A program made the position numbers and the translations under genes. Of a DNA stretch of 58,292 nt, positions 15,815 through 25,520 are shown one piece after another (within the stretch, counting starts at the first letter, position 1; each line of letters starts with the position of its first letter). The notes below the pieces were generated by a model. The model had not been told where the DNA came from, did no database searches, and saw only the letters and a program-made list of their open reading frames with translations. Origin of the DNA: a virus (Duplodnaviria; Caudoviricetes); IMG/VR virus record IMGVR_UViG_3300030328_005013, positions 1-58,292 of that record; one strand, written 5' to 3'.

Positions 15815-18365
15815 TTTTTACCTCCCTCAGTTTCATGTAAATGTCGGTATCAATTGGTTTGATTGTTTCGACAAAGAAGCTATCTCTGCTTTTAGAGCCA
15901 TTTACAATAATAACTTGGGTTTTTTTCAATTTATTATACTGTAGAAAATCTGTGAGTTTATTGCCTCTACTTGTATCCATGAATAAGAAATTCTTAGTAG
16001 CGGTATTATCTGCGAGAGATATGATCATATACTTGTTACCGTTTTGAGAGGTTCTTGTAAAGAAATCTTTTACCTCCCCTGCGACTTGAAATGTTTCTCT
16101 TTCGGGCAATTCTGAAATTACCTTTAGGTCTTGGAGGTTGGGGTATCTTTCTTTAAAACATTCTCTTAAGTCATGTGAGTAGCTGTAACCAAGTAGCGAA
16201 CTTTCATACCTCCATTTAGCAAACATCTCATGTTTTCTGTTTTGAGAATATATTTTTTTATACTGATCAAACTTAGTTTTAAATGTTTTAAATCTTTTTT
16301 CAGACATGATGGGTTTGTTGTCATCTCCTAAGATTTGCTTTCCTATAACTTCTGATATTGCATCAAGTATATCATATCCAAACCTCTCTCCTATCTTGCA
16401 AAAGTTTCTTTTTTCTCTGTCTGTAAGAAGGTTGAATGCTTGAGCTTCTAGGACCATGCGGGTTCTGTTGGTCCCCGCATGATCCATTGTCCCAGCTTGG
16501 ATTAAGGCCGCAAGCACAGAGATGTTGATACCGCACTGTCTGGCAGCTAGAAAGACTTCATATTTGTTTGAGAACTCTATCCCTCTAAACTCTACAAGGC
16601 TCTCCATTGCTTTGAGAGAGATTCCTTTAATGCTGTTTAATCCATATCTAATATCCTCTCCCTCTATTTTAAAATCAAAATCAGATTTAAATAAACAAGG
16701 AGGAAGCATCTTCATGCCGAAATCCTCCAACTCTTCATTAACTCCAGATATGGTAGTCAAAGGTTCTGGATCAAAATCAGCACACTCAAGAACAGAGAGG
16801 AAAAAATTTTGAGGGTAATTATGTTTTAGGAAAACTGTTTTGGCTGCTAAATCTGCGTAAGCAAAGCTGTGAGATTTATTAAAAGAATAATGCGAAGCAG
16901 CTATCAATGAATTCCAGTAAAAGTCTGCTATTTGATCAGTTAAGCCTCTAGACTGAGCGGCTTCATAAATCCTATCTTTCCACTTAGGCATCTCATCAAC
17001 TTTTTTCTTACCAACAATTCTTCTCAAGACCTCTGCTTCTTCAAGACTAAGGCCAAAAACTTTATGAGCTATTTGCATCAATTGTTCTTGATATAAAATA
17101 ACATTTTTTGACCAAGATAATATTTTGTCTAACTCAGGATGAATTTCCTGCACCAAAGAATTATTTTTGTTGTCCCTGTATGTGTCAACAAATTCAAGTG
17201 CTGCTGGTCGAGCGAGAGCAACAACGTCAGAAAGTTCATTTAAGTCATCAGGCTTGACCTGCCTACAGACCTTAAAGTTTGTTTCAGCCGATATTTGGAA
17301 AAGGCCCACAGGGTGCTTAAAATCCTGTAATATATCATAAATAATTTGTGAATTAGGGTCTATGTCTTCAATTTTTATACCCACCTTTTCACATGTTTTG
17401 TGGGCAATGGTTAGTGTTCTTAACCCAAGAATATCAAACTTAACCATTAAATCTGCGACATCTGTCATATCGTAACCAGTAACTAAGTCTCCATCTTTAG
17501 TTTTTTGCAAAGGAACTACGTTCTCTATTTTTTCAGAACAAATGGCGATTCCAGATGGATGGACTCCAGTATTCTTTGGCAAGTTTTCTATTTTTAATGC
17601 ATTTTTAAAAGTTCTCTTGTGGTCTTTTACCCATCTTTTAAACTTACCACTTTCTTCCCTAGCTTGCTCTAGGGGAAATACATTCCCGTGAAGCTTTGGT
17701 ATCATATCTGATACTTGGTTCGCCTGATCTTCTTTTACCTCATCAAAGAACTTTGTAGCTTCTCTTATGCAAAGCTTAGCACTAAAGGTATTAAAGGTTA
17801 GTATTTTGGCGGTTCTCCCTTCATGTTTACGCTCAATATATTGAATAACTTTATATCTTTGCTCATAAGAAATATCTGAGTCTACATCAGGCAAGAGACT
17901 GCCGACTAGAAATTCTTTGCCTCTTTTGTCAGTGACTTTCTTCGCTCTAGATTTAGACACAAATCTTTCAAAAAAGAGATCGTGAGGTATGGGGTCAATA
18001 TTTGTTACTCCGAGGAGATATAGAACAAGAGAACCAGCAGCAGAGCCACGGCCAGCACCAGTTGGAATATTGTTATCATGGCAAAAGTTTAAAACGTCCC
18101 AGTTAAGTAAAATGTAATCTGTAAATCCAAGCTCCTCAAAAGTCTCTAGTTCTTGTTTGGCTCTATCGTAGTATGCATCTTTGTTTTCGTATTTTGTTAT
18201 GCCTTTATCGCGTAAACCTTTTCTGGCTAACTCGTAAAGAATATCCTTGGTAGAACTATCTACGCTAAGACCAAGCTCTTCTAGCTTACTAGGATCAACG
18301 ATTGTTTTAGGGAGTTCAACTCCCGCAGGTTCGCAATCGTCATATGGTGTGAAATCTTCAAACAT
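15807..18365 (-). CDS. dnaE: DNA polymerase III alpha catalytic core (no PHP domain)
   Basis: GAGRGSAAGSLVLY, LPDVDSD, HPSGI, KFDILGL, ILYQEQ, YSFNKSH, C-terminal OB-like region. Confidence 0.95.
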   Translation of the reverse strand: MFEDFTPYDDCEPAGVELPKTIVDPSKLEELGLSVDSSTKDILYELARKGLRDKGITKYENKDAYYDRAKQELETFEELGFTDYILLNWDVLNFCHDNNIPTGAGRGSAAGSLVLYLLGVTNIDPIPHDLFFERFVSKSRAKKVTDKRGKEFLVGSLLPDVDSDISYEQRYKVIQYIERKHEGRTAKILTFNTFSAKLCIREATKFFDEVKEDQANQVSDMIPKLHGNVFPLEQAREESGKFKRWVKDHKRTFKNALKIENLPKNTGVHPSGIAICSEKIENVVPLQKTKDGDLVTGYDMTDVADLMVKFDILGLRTLTIAHKTCEKVGIKIEDIDPNSQIIYDILQDFKHPVGLFQISAETNFKVCRQVKPDDLNELSDVVALARPAALEFVDTYRDNKNNSLVQEIHPELDKILSWSKNVILYQEQLMQIAHKVFGLSLEEAEVLRRIVGKKKVDEMPKWKDRIYEAAQSRGLTDQIADFYWNSLIAASHYSFNKSHSFAYADLAAKTVFLKHNYPQNFFLSVLECADFDPEPLTTISGVNEELEDFGMKMLPPCLFKSDFDFKIEGEDIRYGLNSIKGISLKAMESLVEFRGIEFSNKYEVFLAARQCGINISVLAALIQAGTMDHAGTNRTRMVLEAQAFNLLTDREKRNFCKIGERFGYDILDAISEVIGKQILGDDNKPIMSEKRFKTFKTKFDQYKKIYSQNRKHEMFAKWRYESSLLGYSYSHDLRECFKERYPNLQDLKVISELPERETFQVAGEVKDFFTRTSQNGNKYMIISLADNTATKNFLFMDTSRGNKLTDFLQYNKLKKTQVIIVNGSKSRDSFFVETIKPIDTDIYMKLREVKSD

Positions 18366-18979
18366 TACAGATCCATGTGCTTCTTAAGTTTAAGAAAAAT
18401 TTGATAACACATCTTAATATCGTAAAGAGCGTTATGTAATTTACTCTCGTCAAACTCTATATCAAAAAACTTTAGAAGTTGGTTTTGAGAAACCTTTGCT
18501 TTAAGGCTTCTATCATTAATTATCTTATATTGCCAACTCAGCAAGTTTCCTTTAGGTCTTTCTAGTTCCTCTCTGTAAGCCTTCCCTAAAGCCCTAGTGT
18601 CTAAAATACGAGGCAAGTAAGAATACTCTGGTTCTTGACCCAATAACCTTTGTAGCACAGCAAGCATGTAAACATCGAAGCCTAGAAGGTTTTGTCCCAC
18701 TACAATGTATTGAGGGTCAAATATATACTTTTCAAACTTGTTCCAAACCTCGTCTAATGGTTTAGCTTTTCTGTTATAAGTGTCCCAATTAAAACCTGTA
18801 ATCTTCTTGACTACTTCGGGAATATTCAATTCTTTGTGGATTATAAACTCGTCATGAGTTTCTAATATTTTATTTCCCTGACAAACTATCCAAGATAGCT
18901 GCCATGTTTTAGAAGAGAATAAATTTAAACCTTCTGTTTCAGTATCAAATACTAGATATTTTTGGTTACTTGGCAACAT
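18365..18979 (-). CDS. DEDDh 3'-5' exonuclease (DnaQ-like proofreading subunit)
   Basis: FDTETEG, GQNLLGFD, LHNALYD. Confidence 0.9.
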   Translation of the reverse strand: MLPSNQKYLVFDTETEGLNLFSSKTWQLSWIVCQGNKILETHDEFIIHKELNIPEVVKKITGFNWDTYNRKAKPLDEVWNKFEKYIFDPQYIVVGQNLLGFDVYMLAVLQRLLGQEPEYSYLPRILDTRALGKAYREELERPKGNLLSWQYKIINDRSLKAKVSQNQLLKFFDIEFDESKLHNALYDIKMCYQIFLKLKKHMDL

Positions 18980-19664
18980 TTTCTAAATATGATTCGTAGC
19001 AAAATTCGTTGGAAGAAAAGTCATTCAGGCGAGGATTACTAAAAGTAGGCACCCTGCCCTGCTTTCTATTACAGACAGCTTTATACATTTGAAATGCTTC
19101 AAAGTCATCCTTATTTTTGTAATATATGCTTTTGCACTTCTCTGTTTTTACTTTTAGTTTTTTCAGTGCTGAACTTATCTGAAAATCAAAGGGGTGTTTA
19201 TTGTCCTCTTCCATATAAAAATGATCATACTTGTCTAAGAATAGATCGCACATTCCAAAATGGAAAATATTATTGCATACATAAGAATCATAAAAGGGGA
19301 CTCCTATGCTAATGTCGTCAAGCTCTCCTTCGCCCAGATCTGACATGTTTAAATATTCCCCGACACTTGTAAAACACTTAGTATAAAGGTTTCTAGCAAC
19401 AGCTACGCCTTTGTTGTTTTTGGGGAAGAAAATCAATTTACTGGGTTTCTCGGTAATGCTTGACTGAACTACAGGCAACTTAACTCCATACACCATAGAA
19501 ATTCCTATGTGGAGGAAGGCTTTATTAATTACCCTAAAACCATAGAAGTTATCTTCTACTAAAATCATTTTTTTGACATCCCCGCTTTGAGCAATGTCAA
19601 CTAAATCCTCAACCCTCAGAAGAGATCGCCCTATACTGAAGGTGCTTTTAAATAATGGTATCAC
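18966..19664 (-). CDS. Stand-alone degenerate PHP domain of DNA polymerase III alpha
   Basis: PLFKSTFS..RSLL..EDLVDIA...ILVED...GISMVYG parallels the DnaE N-terminus, with the metal-binding His residues lost. Confidence 0.7.
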   Translation of the reverse strand: MIPLFKSTFSIGRSLLRVEDLVDIAQSGDVKKMILVEDNFYGFRVINKAFLHIGISMVYGVKLPVVQSSITEKPSKLIFFPKNNKGVAVARNLYTKCFTSVGEYLNMSDLGEGELDDISIGVPFYDSYVCNNIFHFGMCDLFLDKYDHFYMEEDNKHPFDFQISSALKKLKVKTEKCKSIYYKNKDDFEAFQMYKAVCNRKQGRVPTFSNPRLNDFSSNEFCYESYLENVAK

Positions 19665-19673
19665 TCCTGCACT

Positions 19674-20714
19674 CTACAGAAGTTCCATTGGTTTGTCAAA
19701 GGAAAAAGCGGGGCATCCGTCATATTTAACCTTCTCCATCTTCAAGTCTTTAGTTTTCTTGTCCTTAAGGTCTTTTTTGAGGTCGGCTGATGCCACTCTA
19801 ACACCCTTTTTATCTACTAGCACATAAAATTCTCTAGCAAATTTAAATGGGCAATGCCACATGGGAGTGCCATCTTTTTTAAGTTGCCCAGCAAACTCTG
19901 CTCTACCGCAAACCACCCTTCCAGCGAAACCGTCATCTCTTCCCAAATAACCCTTGTCATAGGCTAAGTTTTTAGAGGCTATATCTTCATTAAAATTATT
20001 AATAATTTGTTGAACTTCAGTCAAAAAATATTCAAAACCTTCAAGTTCATCTGCATCAAGAGGTTCCATTTCACAGCACCCATCATTGTTGCAGTCAAAC
20101 TTTACAAACAAAAATTCCATCTTTCTTTTAAGAAACTCTGGGTATAGATGCTTTACCGCCAAACAATACATTAAATTCTGCATGTTGTCGGTATACTCCT
20201 TGCCAGAAAAAATTTGTTTCGAGGTTTTAAAGTCTCTTATAAGGGCGGTTTTTTTTCTCTTAAATAAAAACAATTTATCAATAAATCCAAGTATGCGGTA
20301 GTTTTTGCCTTCTTCGTTTACGGATATATCAAAATCTTTTTCACTGATGGATTTAGTAGGCTTACCCTCTTTGTCTCCAAAGAAATCATAATTAAGACCC
20401 TCCACGGTCATCTGGTTGATTAGATCCATATTCTCAAAATCGTCTATATTATGCTTTTTAGCATATGCCTCTATCATCCTTTTTACAGGGGGCGAGGCAA
20501 AAGCGTTTTGAGTTTTAATTATGCGGGTATAGTGTTTTTTATGTTTTGGGTTCCCCAAATTTTCGAAAACAGCGTGGCAAATAGTTCCACGCAAACTACC
20601 TTCGTTAGCCTTATCAGGAAGTTTAAGGTGATATTTACACCAATACTGCCAAGAACACATTTGTAGCGTCTTTATTCGTGACGCTGAAAGCGGTTTGTTT
20701 TCAGAAGCCTCCAT
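19674..20714 (-). CDS. PD-(D/E)XK exonuclease (AddB/Cas4-like)
   Basis: LSASRIK..C, GTICHAVFE, LGFID, IRDFKTS, QNLMY, C-terminal Cys residues. Confidence 0.85.
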   Translation of the reverse strand: MEASENKPLSASRIKTLQMCSWQYWCKYHLKLPDKANEGSLRGTICHAVFENLGNPKHKKHYTRIIKTQNAFASPPVKRMIEAYAKKHNIDDFENMDLINQMTVEGLNYDFFGDKEGKPTKSISEKDFDISVNEEGKNYRILGFIDKLFLFKRKKTALIRDFKTSKQIFSGKEYTDNMQNLMYCLAVKHLYPEFLKRKMEFLFVKFDCNNDGCCEMEPLDADELEGFEYFLTEVQQIINNFNEDIASKNLAYDKGYLGRDDGFAGRVVCGRAEFAGQLKKDGTPMWHCPFKFAREFYVLVDKKGVRVASADLKKDLKDKKTKDLKMEKVKYDGCPAFSFDKPMELL

Positions 20715-21747
20715 AATGAAAGTCGTTCTTCTTTATTAACTTTTTAAAAGAAGAAGAAAAATTCTTGTTTACACCTCTACTATCCATTTTTTCAGCAATT
20801 TCAATAACTTGCCCTATGGATTCTTGATGTTGTATATTATAGCAATCTGAAGCGTATTTTTCTATTTGATCTTTAGTCATTTCCCCAAAGTCATTCTCTT
20901 CAGGAGGAATAAAGTATATCTTTTCAAAATCAATCGACTCAACCAATTTAAAAATAGATTTAATTGCTCCTTCAAATCCTCTGTTAACAGAAGATGTGTG
21001 ATCGTTATTAAAGGATACAAAAACTTTTTTTATGGGCAACAAAGATAGCCTTGCTATGAATTTTGGAGAAATATTCAAGCCAAAGGAAACAAGAACATTT
21101 TTTATACCATAATTATATAGAGATAAACAGTCTCCTACGGACTCCACAATGTGAACCGCCTCTTTTTCTTCTATAGCTTTTTGGACTTTATCAATATTGT
21201 AATACGGAAAAAACCAACCTGATGACTTCCCCATATGTAACCACTTTGGTCTATCATCGCTAGTAACCTTTCTGCCAGAAAACCCATGTATTCTGCCGTC
21301 TTTCCTGAAAATTGGGAATATCACCCTTTGATACATTTTACCAGACATAGCTAACCCGCACTTAAAGTCCTCAAGAGCTTCCTTTCTAATGCCTTTCTCT
21401 AAGTAAAAATCGTGATGTGGTAAAAGCTTTGCTAAAACTTTAGCGGGATATGTTTTTTCCTCTTTCAATAAGTGTTTTTGTTTGATTCTAGCGCCTATGT
21501 TTACACCATTATCCTTTAAATAATGCTTCACTGCATTAGGATCTTTTGTGTTTAAAGTTTTCTGGAGCAGTGCCTCAAAGGGCATAAACTGAGAATCCTC
21601 TACATAATCTTTCCAGACTCCAGTATCCTTGTAGATTTGAAGTGCCGTGGAGTTATCTCCAGACCTGTATACAGCATTTGTTCTCCAGTATGACCCATGA
21701 TCCCTGAGACGATAACCAAGGTTTTCTAAGACATCTTTATAGTCCAT
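20701..21747 (-). CDS. dnaG: DNA primase (DnaG-like, TOPRIM)
   Basis: RVIFPI...IHGFSGR, PKW, IVESVGDCL, FNND; adjacent to DnaB. Confidence 0.85.
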   Translation of the reverse strand: MDYKDVLENLGYRLRDHGSYWRTNAVYRSGDNSTALQIYKDTGVWKDYVEDSQFMPFEALLQKTLNTKDPNAVKHYLKDNGVNIGARIKQKHLLKEEKTYPAKVLAKLLPHHDFYLEKGIRKEALEDFKCGLAMSGKMYQRVIFPIFRKDGRIHGFSGRKVTSDDRPKWLHMGKSSGWFFPYYNIDKVQKAIEEKEAVHIVESVGDCLSLYNYGIKNVLVSFGLNISPKFIARLSLLPIKKVFVSFNNDHTSSVNRGFEGAIKSIFKLVESIDFEKIYFIPPEENDFGEMTKDQIEKYASDCYNIQHQESIGQVIEIAEKMDSRGVNKNFSSSFKKLIKKNDFHYGGF

Positions 21748-23285
21748 TACGCCCTAAGGTTGATTGGTATTTCCTCTACCTCGTTTGTTCTGACCTCTAT
21801 CCCCTCTCCATTGAATGCGTCCACCACATCTTGAAGGTCTCCACGCTCAGTAATTCTAAAGTTTTCGATATTTAAATTAATAAAATTTTGTTTCTTTGTT
21901 CCATCTGGCATTTCTACTGGATGTATAGCTCTTAATGCGCTCTTCCCCAAGTGCCTAGACTTCAAATTTATTAACTTATGGGTTCCGAAATTAGACCCCT
22001 CTTCATGGATTTCATCTGCCACCTTTCTTCTAAGTAGGAATAAGTGAGAGCAAAACTGAGTAATACCATCAGATAGAGAGACTACGCTTTCGTCGTCCAC
22101 AATAGAACCAGCGTTCCTGTTATTGGTTATTCCTAACCTGTTAGACTGGACCGAGGTAATCATTGATACGCAAGGTTTTCCATCAAAAGCTAAGTCACGG
22201 TGAATTGTTTGTTTAAACTTGTGAACCATGTAAGAAACTTGTTGCCAACCATCAACTTTCCCGATGCTGCCAAAATCGCTTTTAATGTAATCGAAACTGA
22301 AAATCAGTGGGTTGCCTCTACCAATCTTTGAGAAGTAAAACCTCTTCAAAAGAGAGCACATTTCATCAGGAGATAGACCAGCCACATTCTCATAATAAAA
22401 CTTCATGTTTTTTATTTTTGACCAAGCAGATCTAACCTTTGCAATCACTTCATCTACAGACCAATCTTTGTATGCTGTTGTTCTCCATTTACCTGTCTGC
22501 AAAAGCCACACAGGTATACCCGTCATGGCAGAACACTGCCTGAAAATAAGCTCTTCTTCGCTCATTTCTCCATTATCAAAATGAAGCACAGGGACACCAT
22601 GTTCAGCAGATGCTTTTGTGGTGAAATCCATGCAGAAATTCGTCTTGCCAACCCCCGAGCGAGCTACAATCACTGATATATTGCCAGCTAGGAGTAATGA
22701 TCCATACATCTCATTCATTCTGGGATGAGGACCAAGCATTCCGAAATCATCTACTGGATTATTTCCTCTTTCCTCAACAACCTCCTCCATCATCTCAAAG
22801 AGATTGACAGGGCCAGCTTCTGTCATCTCGAAATCTTTTATGTTTTTATTATAAAGTTGATCTGATTGTTCTATCAGTTCCCCATATTTTAAGTTAGGGT
22901 CGGCGCTTTTTACAAATGAGGCTACCTTCTTACAGCTATTGTATATCTCTCTACGGGCAGTGTATTTTTTAAGCTCTCTAACAGAGGAAATAAGAATTTT
23001 TTCTGTTATCTTATAAAAAGCTAATGAATAAATATATTCCCCTATGTCGATGCTATCAGGGAAGCTTGCTTTAAGCTGTTGAATTCTCTGGACTAAAATA
23101 GTTTCATCAATATCTTCTGCATTATTAAGAGCATTTTTTAATAATTTAAATATTGATACATTTACTTTAGAGTCCTCTGAATAAAAATCACTTTCATTTA
23201 GAAAGCTAGATACTTCTTCCCACTTATGCTGATGTTGCAACAATCCGCTGAGAACTTTCTTTTCTAAATCATAAGAAAATATCAT
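21747..23285 (-). CDS. dnaB: Replicative DNA helicase
   Basis: ARSGVGKT, NGEM, FDYIK, VQSNR, KSRH. Confidence 0.9.
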   Translation of the reverse strand: MIFSYDLEKKVLSGLLQHQHKWEEVSSFLNESDFYSEDSKVNVSIFKLLKNALNNAEDIDETILVQRIQQLKASFPDSIDIGEYIYSLAFYKITEKILISSVRELKKYTARREIYNSCKKVASFVKSADPNLKYGELIEQSDQLYNKNIKDFEMTEAGPVNLFEMMEEVVEERGNNPVDDFGMLGPHPRMNEMYGSLLLAGNISVIVARSGVGKTNFCMDFTTKASAEHGVPVLHFDNGEMSEEELIFRQCSAMTGIPVWLLQTGKWRTTAYKDWSVDEVIAKVRSAWSKIKNMKFYYENVAGLSPDEMCSLLKRFYFSKIGRGNPLIFSFDYIKSDFGSIGKVDGWQQVSYMVHKFKQTIHRDLAFDGKPCVSMITSVQSNRLGITNNRNAGSIVDDESVVSLSDGITQFCSHLFLLRRKVADEIHEEGSNFGTHKLINLKSRHLGKSALRAIHPVEMPDGTKKQNFINLNIENFRITERGDLQDVVDAFNGEGIEVRTNEVEEIPINLRA

Positions 23286-23512
23286 AAACCTATTTCGCCT
23301 TCTTTTTTCGCCATAGCTAGCTCTATTAATTTACTAAGAGCCATCTCTACACAAGGGTTTTCTGTTTTGGTAGTCATACTAGGGCAACCATTTTTGTCAA
23401 CATAAAGAAGTAAAAAACCTCTATTACCACCGTTTGCGGAGCCAGTGGAGTCATAAATTTTATCAAGAAGAGATTGAGGTAATCCTTGTTGTTCATCGTC
23501 TTGTAACTTCAT
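23282..23512 (-). CDS. Hypothetical protein
   Basis: 76-aa ORF with ATGA overlaps on both sides. Confidence 0.7.
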   Translation of the reverse strand: MKLQDDEQQGLPQSLLDKIYDSTGSANGGNRGFLLLYVDKNGCPSMTTKTENPCVEMALSKLIELAMAKKEGEIGL

Positions 23513-23925
23513 TTCAATAGCTTAATCAAACTTTGTGGGTATTTTTTTGAATCCAGAACATCAGACTCTAGGACTCTAATTAATTCAATTTTATTAATTT
23601 CACAGAAATATTCTTTCTTTTCATCTCTGTGGAGTTGATGAAGGAATTTTTGTCGAGAATTAGAATGGAAAAACTGATTATATCTATAGTGCTGATTGCC
23701 ATCCACTTCTACTGCTATTTTTTGTGTAGAGTTGTAGAAGTCTAAACTCATTCTAGTTCCCGCGACAGGAAACTCTTCAAAAACAACATCAGCAAACCAG
23801 TAGTCTTTTAATTGATCTTTTACGTCTTTTTGTATCCCGCTTTTGCAGTCAGATTCCCAATCAATAAGGTATTTGCTGACGTTTTTTATCTTCCTCTCTC
23901 GACCATTAGAGCATAAAAATATCAT
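23509..23925 (-). CDS. Vsr/DUF559-like endonuclease
   Basis: EEFPV...LDFY...AVEVDGNQH...RDEKK..FCE.N.I.LIRV. Confidence 0.8.
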   Translation of the reverse strand: MIFLCSNGRERKIKNVSKYLIDWESDCKSGIQKDVKDQLKDYWFADVVFEEFPVAGTRMSLDFYNSTQKIAVEVDGNQHYRYNQFFHSNSRQKFLHQLHRDEKKEYFCEINKIELIRVLESDVLDSKKYPQSLIKLLK

Positions 23926-25046
23926 TGCTTGAGAATATTCTGTTTTACAAAGTCAACAAGAAGAGAAGTAATTTTTTCATCCGACTCTAAAAACTCATAC
24001 ACTGCTTTAATTCCTTGATAGGAATCTTTTATTTCAATTTTATTATCCTTCAAATAACTTTTTACTTTATCGTCGAGCTTGATCCAAGCCCCTGATTTCT
24101 CTAGGTAACCCCACATCAAAAGCATGTCAACAACTTCCCTCTCAAGCCAAATAGATTTTCCGTTATTGCGACCATGCTTGATTGGATAAGTTACAATTTG
24201 TCCTGTGGCTTCATTCGTTGATTTTAAAATTAAAACCTTGGCGTTATGACCATAAATTTTATTATCAGGAGTGATTTGTTCTTTTGGATTTTCTAGAATC
24301 TTGTCGCTTTTGTTTTGTTTTTTGAATTCTAGAATCCAATCTGGGTAATGTAAGATAGCATTTCCCCCACTGCTATTTGTCTGGTTATTTGGGTCTTGCT
24401 TAGCATACATGCTAGTATTGATGCTTGATCTAACCTGAGAAATCATGATACACATGTGTCCAAACTTGCTCATACCCAAGCTGACTCTTTTTAGAAAGTC
24501 AGAGGTCATTAAAGCTCCTCCTGCGACTTTCCTAGCATCAGAAGATCCTTTTTCTAAATCTTCTTTTGTAATTAGGCCATCCATGCTGTCGATTACAATA
24601 CAGAATTTTTCTTTGTCTGGATTGTTTTTTAATAACCCTCTAAGAAAATCAATCATGGTATCCATGATATGACACTCAAGAACTAAACATGTTCCTACAT
24701 CCCAATCTTCTGCTGAATGAACGAACTTAATCCCCGCTCTGTCTTTAACTTCTTGGCTGAGCCTTCCTTCAGCCATTACGAAAAGACCCTTTGAGTTATC
24801 TACGGTTTTAAGCATGTTGTGCATTACATGAAGAGCTTCGTTTGTCTTGCCCCCTTCATTAGCTCCAATAAACCTATGCAATCCAGAACCAAACCCACCA
24901 CTTAAAACGTGATCAAGAATCATAGATCCACTCGACACTAGATATGGTTCTGCCCCCTCTTCTAAATTGTAGTGGTAATCTTTGTTTGATTTGAGGAATG
25001 CCTCTGTATAGTCCTTTGATCCGCTTTTCTTCTTCATTTTAGTCAT
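23922..25046 (-). CDS. recA: RecA/UvsX-like recombinase
   Basis: SSGSMILDHVLSGG, GANEGGKT, IVIDS, ISQVR, SGGNAILHY, EKSGAW. Confidence 0.9.
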   Translation of the reverse strand: MTKMKKKSGSKDYTEAFLKSNKDYHYNLEEGAEPYLVSSGSMILDHVLSGGFGSGLHRFIGANEGGKTNEALHVMHNMLKTVDNSKGLFVMAEGRLSQEVKDRAGIKFVHSAEDWDVGTCLVLECHIMDTMIDFLRGLLKNNPDKEKFCIVIDSMDGLITKEDLEKGSSDARKVAGGALMTSDFLKRVSLGMSKFGHMCIMISQVRSSINTSMYAKQDPNNQTNSSGGNAILHYPDWILEFKKQNKSDKILENPKEQITPDNKIYGHNAKVLILKSTNEATGQIVTYPIKHGRNNGKSIWLEREVVDMLLMWGYLEKSGAWIKLDDKVKSYLKDNKIEIKDSYQGIKAVYEFLESDEKITSLLVDFVKQNILKQ

Positions 25047-25482
25047 TTAAAAAATCTCTTAGTGTTCTAGCCTTTTTCTTCACAGTATCTTCTCCAACTT
25101 TTATGCCCGTGTCAACAAATTTATCTTTCTCTGGTGGCTTGTAATTAAATTCCTTATATTTTTTGCTTAAATATTCTCTTCCGTCTTTGGTTAAAAAATA
25201 TTTAATAGTGCCTTTTAATTCAAAAGGTGGTTTAATCTTACTTAAAAAGTCGAGATCGTTGTCAAACTGTGCGAAAATCTTTGTCACAGTAGACATTTCA
25301 AAAACATAATTTATCGGCTTTGAGCCGCCGAGCATACGTTTTAAAAATTCTTTTCTTTCTTTGAAGAAAGGCTTAGCTTGCTTCTTAGCTTTTGGCAAAA
25401 ACTCATGACCACAATCACAGACCTTTACCCGCGCTCCGAGTAGAGTATTACAGGATGGGCATGACTTTTTACCTCTTGGCAT
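25039..25482 (-). CDS. Zinc-ribbon protein of unknown function
   Basis: CPSC...CDCG at the N-terminus; first gene of the replication operon. Confidence 0.7.
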   Translation of the reverse strand: MPRGKKSCPSCNTLLGARVKVCDCGHEFLPKAKKQAKPFFKERKEFLKRMLGGSKPINYVFEMSTVTKIFAQFDNDLDFLSKIKPPFELKGTIKYFLTKDGREYLSKKYKEFNYKPPEKDKFVDTGIKVGEDTVKKKARTLRDFLND

Positions 25483-25488
25483 ACAGTC

Positions 25489-25516
25489 AAGATAACTGCA
25501 TATATGATAAAGTCAA
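25489..25516 (-). promoter_or_regulatory. Sigma70-like promoter for the replication operon, probably leaderless
   Basis: TTGACT-N16-TATCTT-N6-ATG. Confidence 0.55.
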
Positions 25517-25520
25517 TGCT

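Noticed and set aside
19674-20714. Cas4 as part of a CRISPR-Cas system
   Set aside because: No other cas genes or array; the context is replication/recombination
15807-25046. Inteins or introns in dnaE, dnaB or recA
   Set aside because: Lengths are ordinary and no intein junction motifs or homing endonuclease inserts were seen
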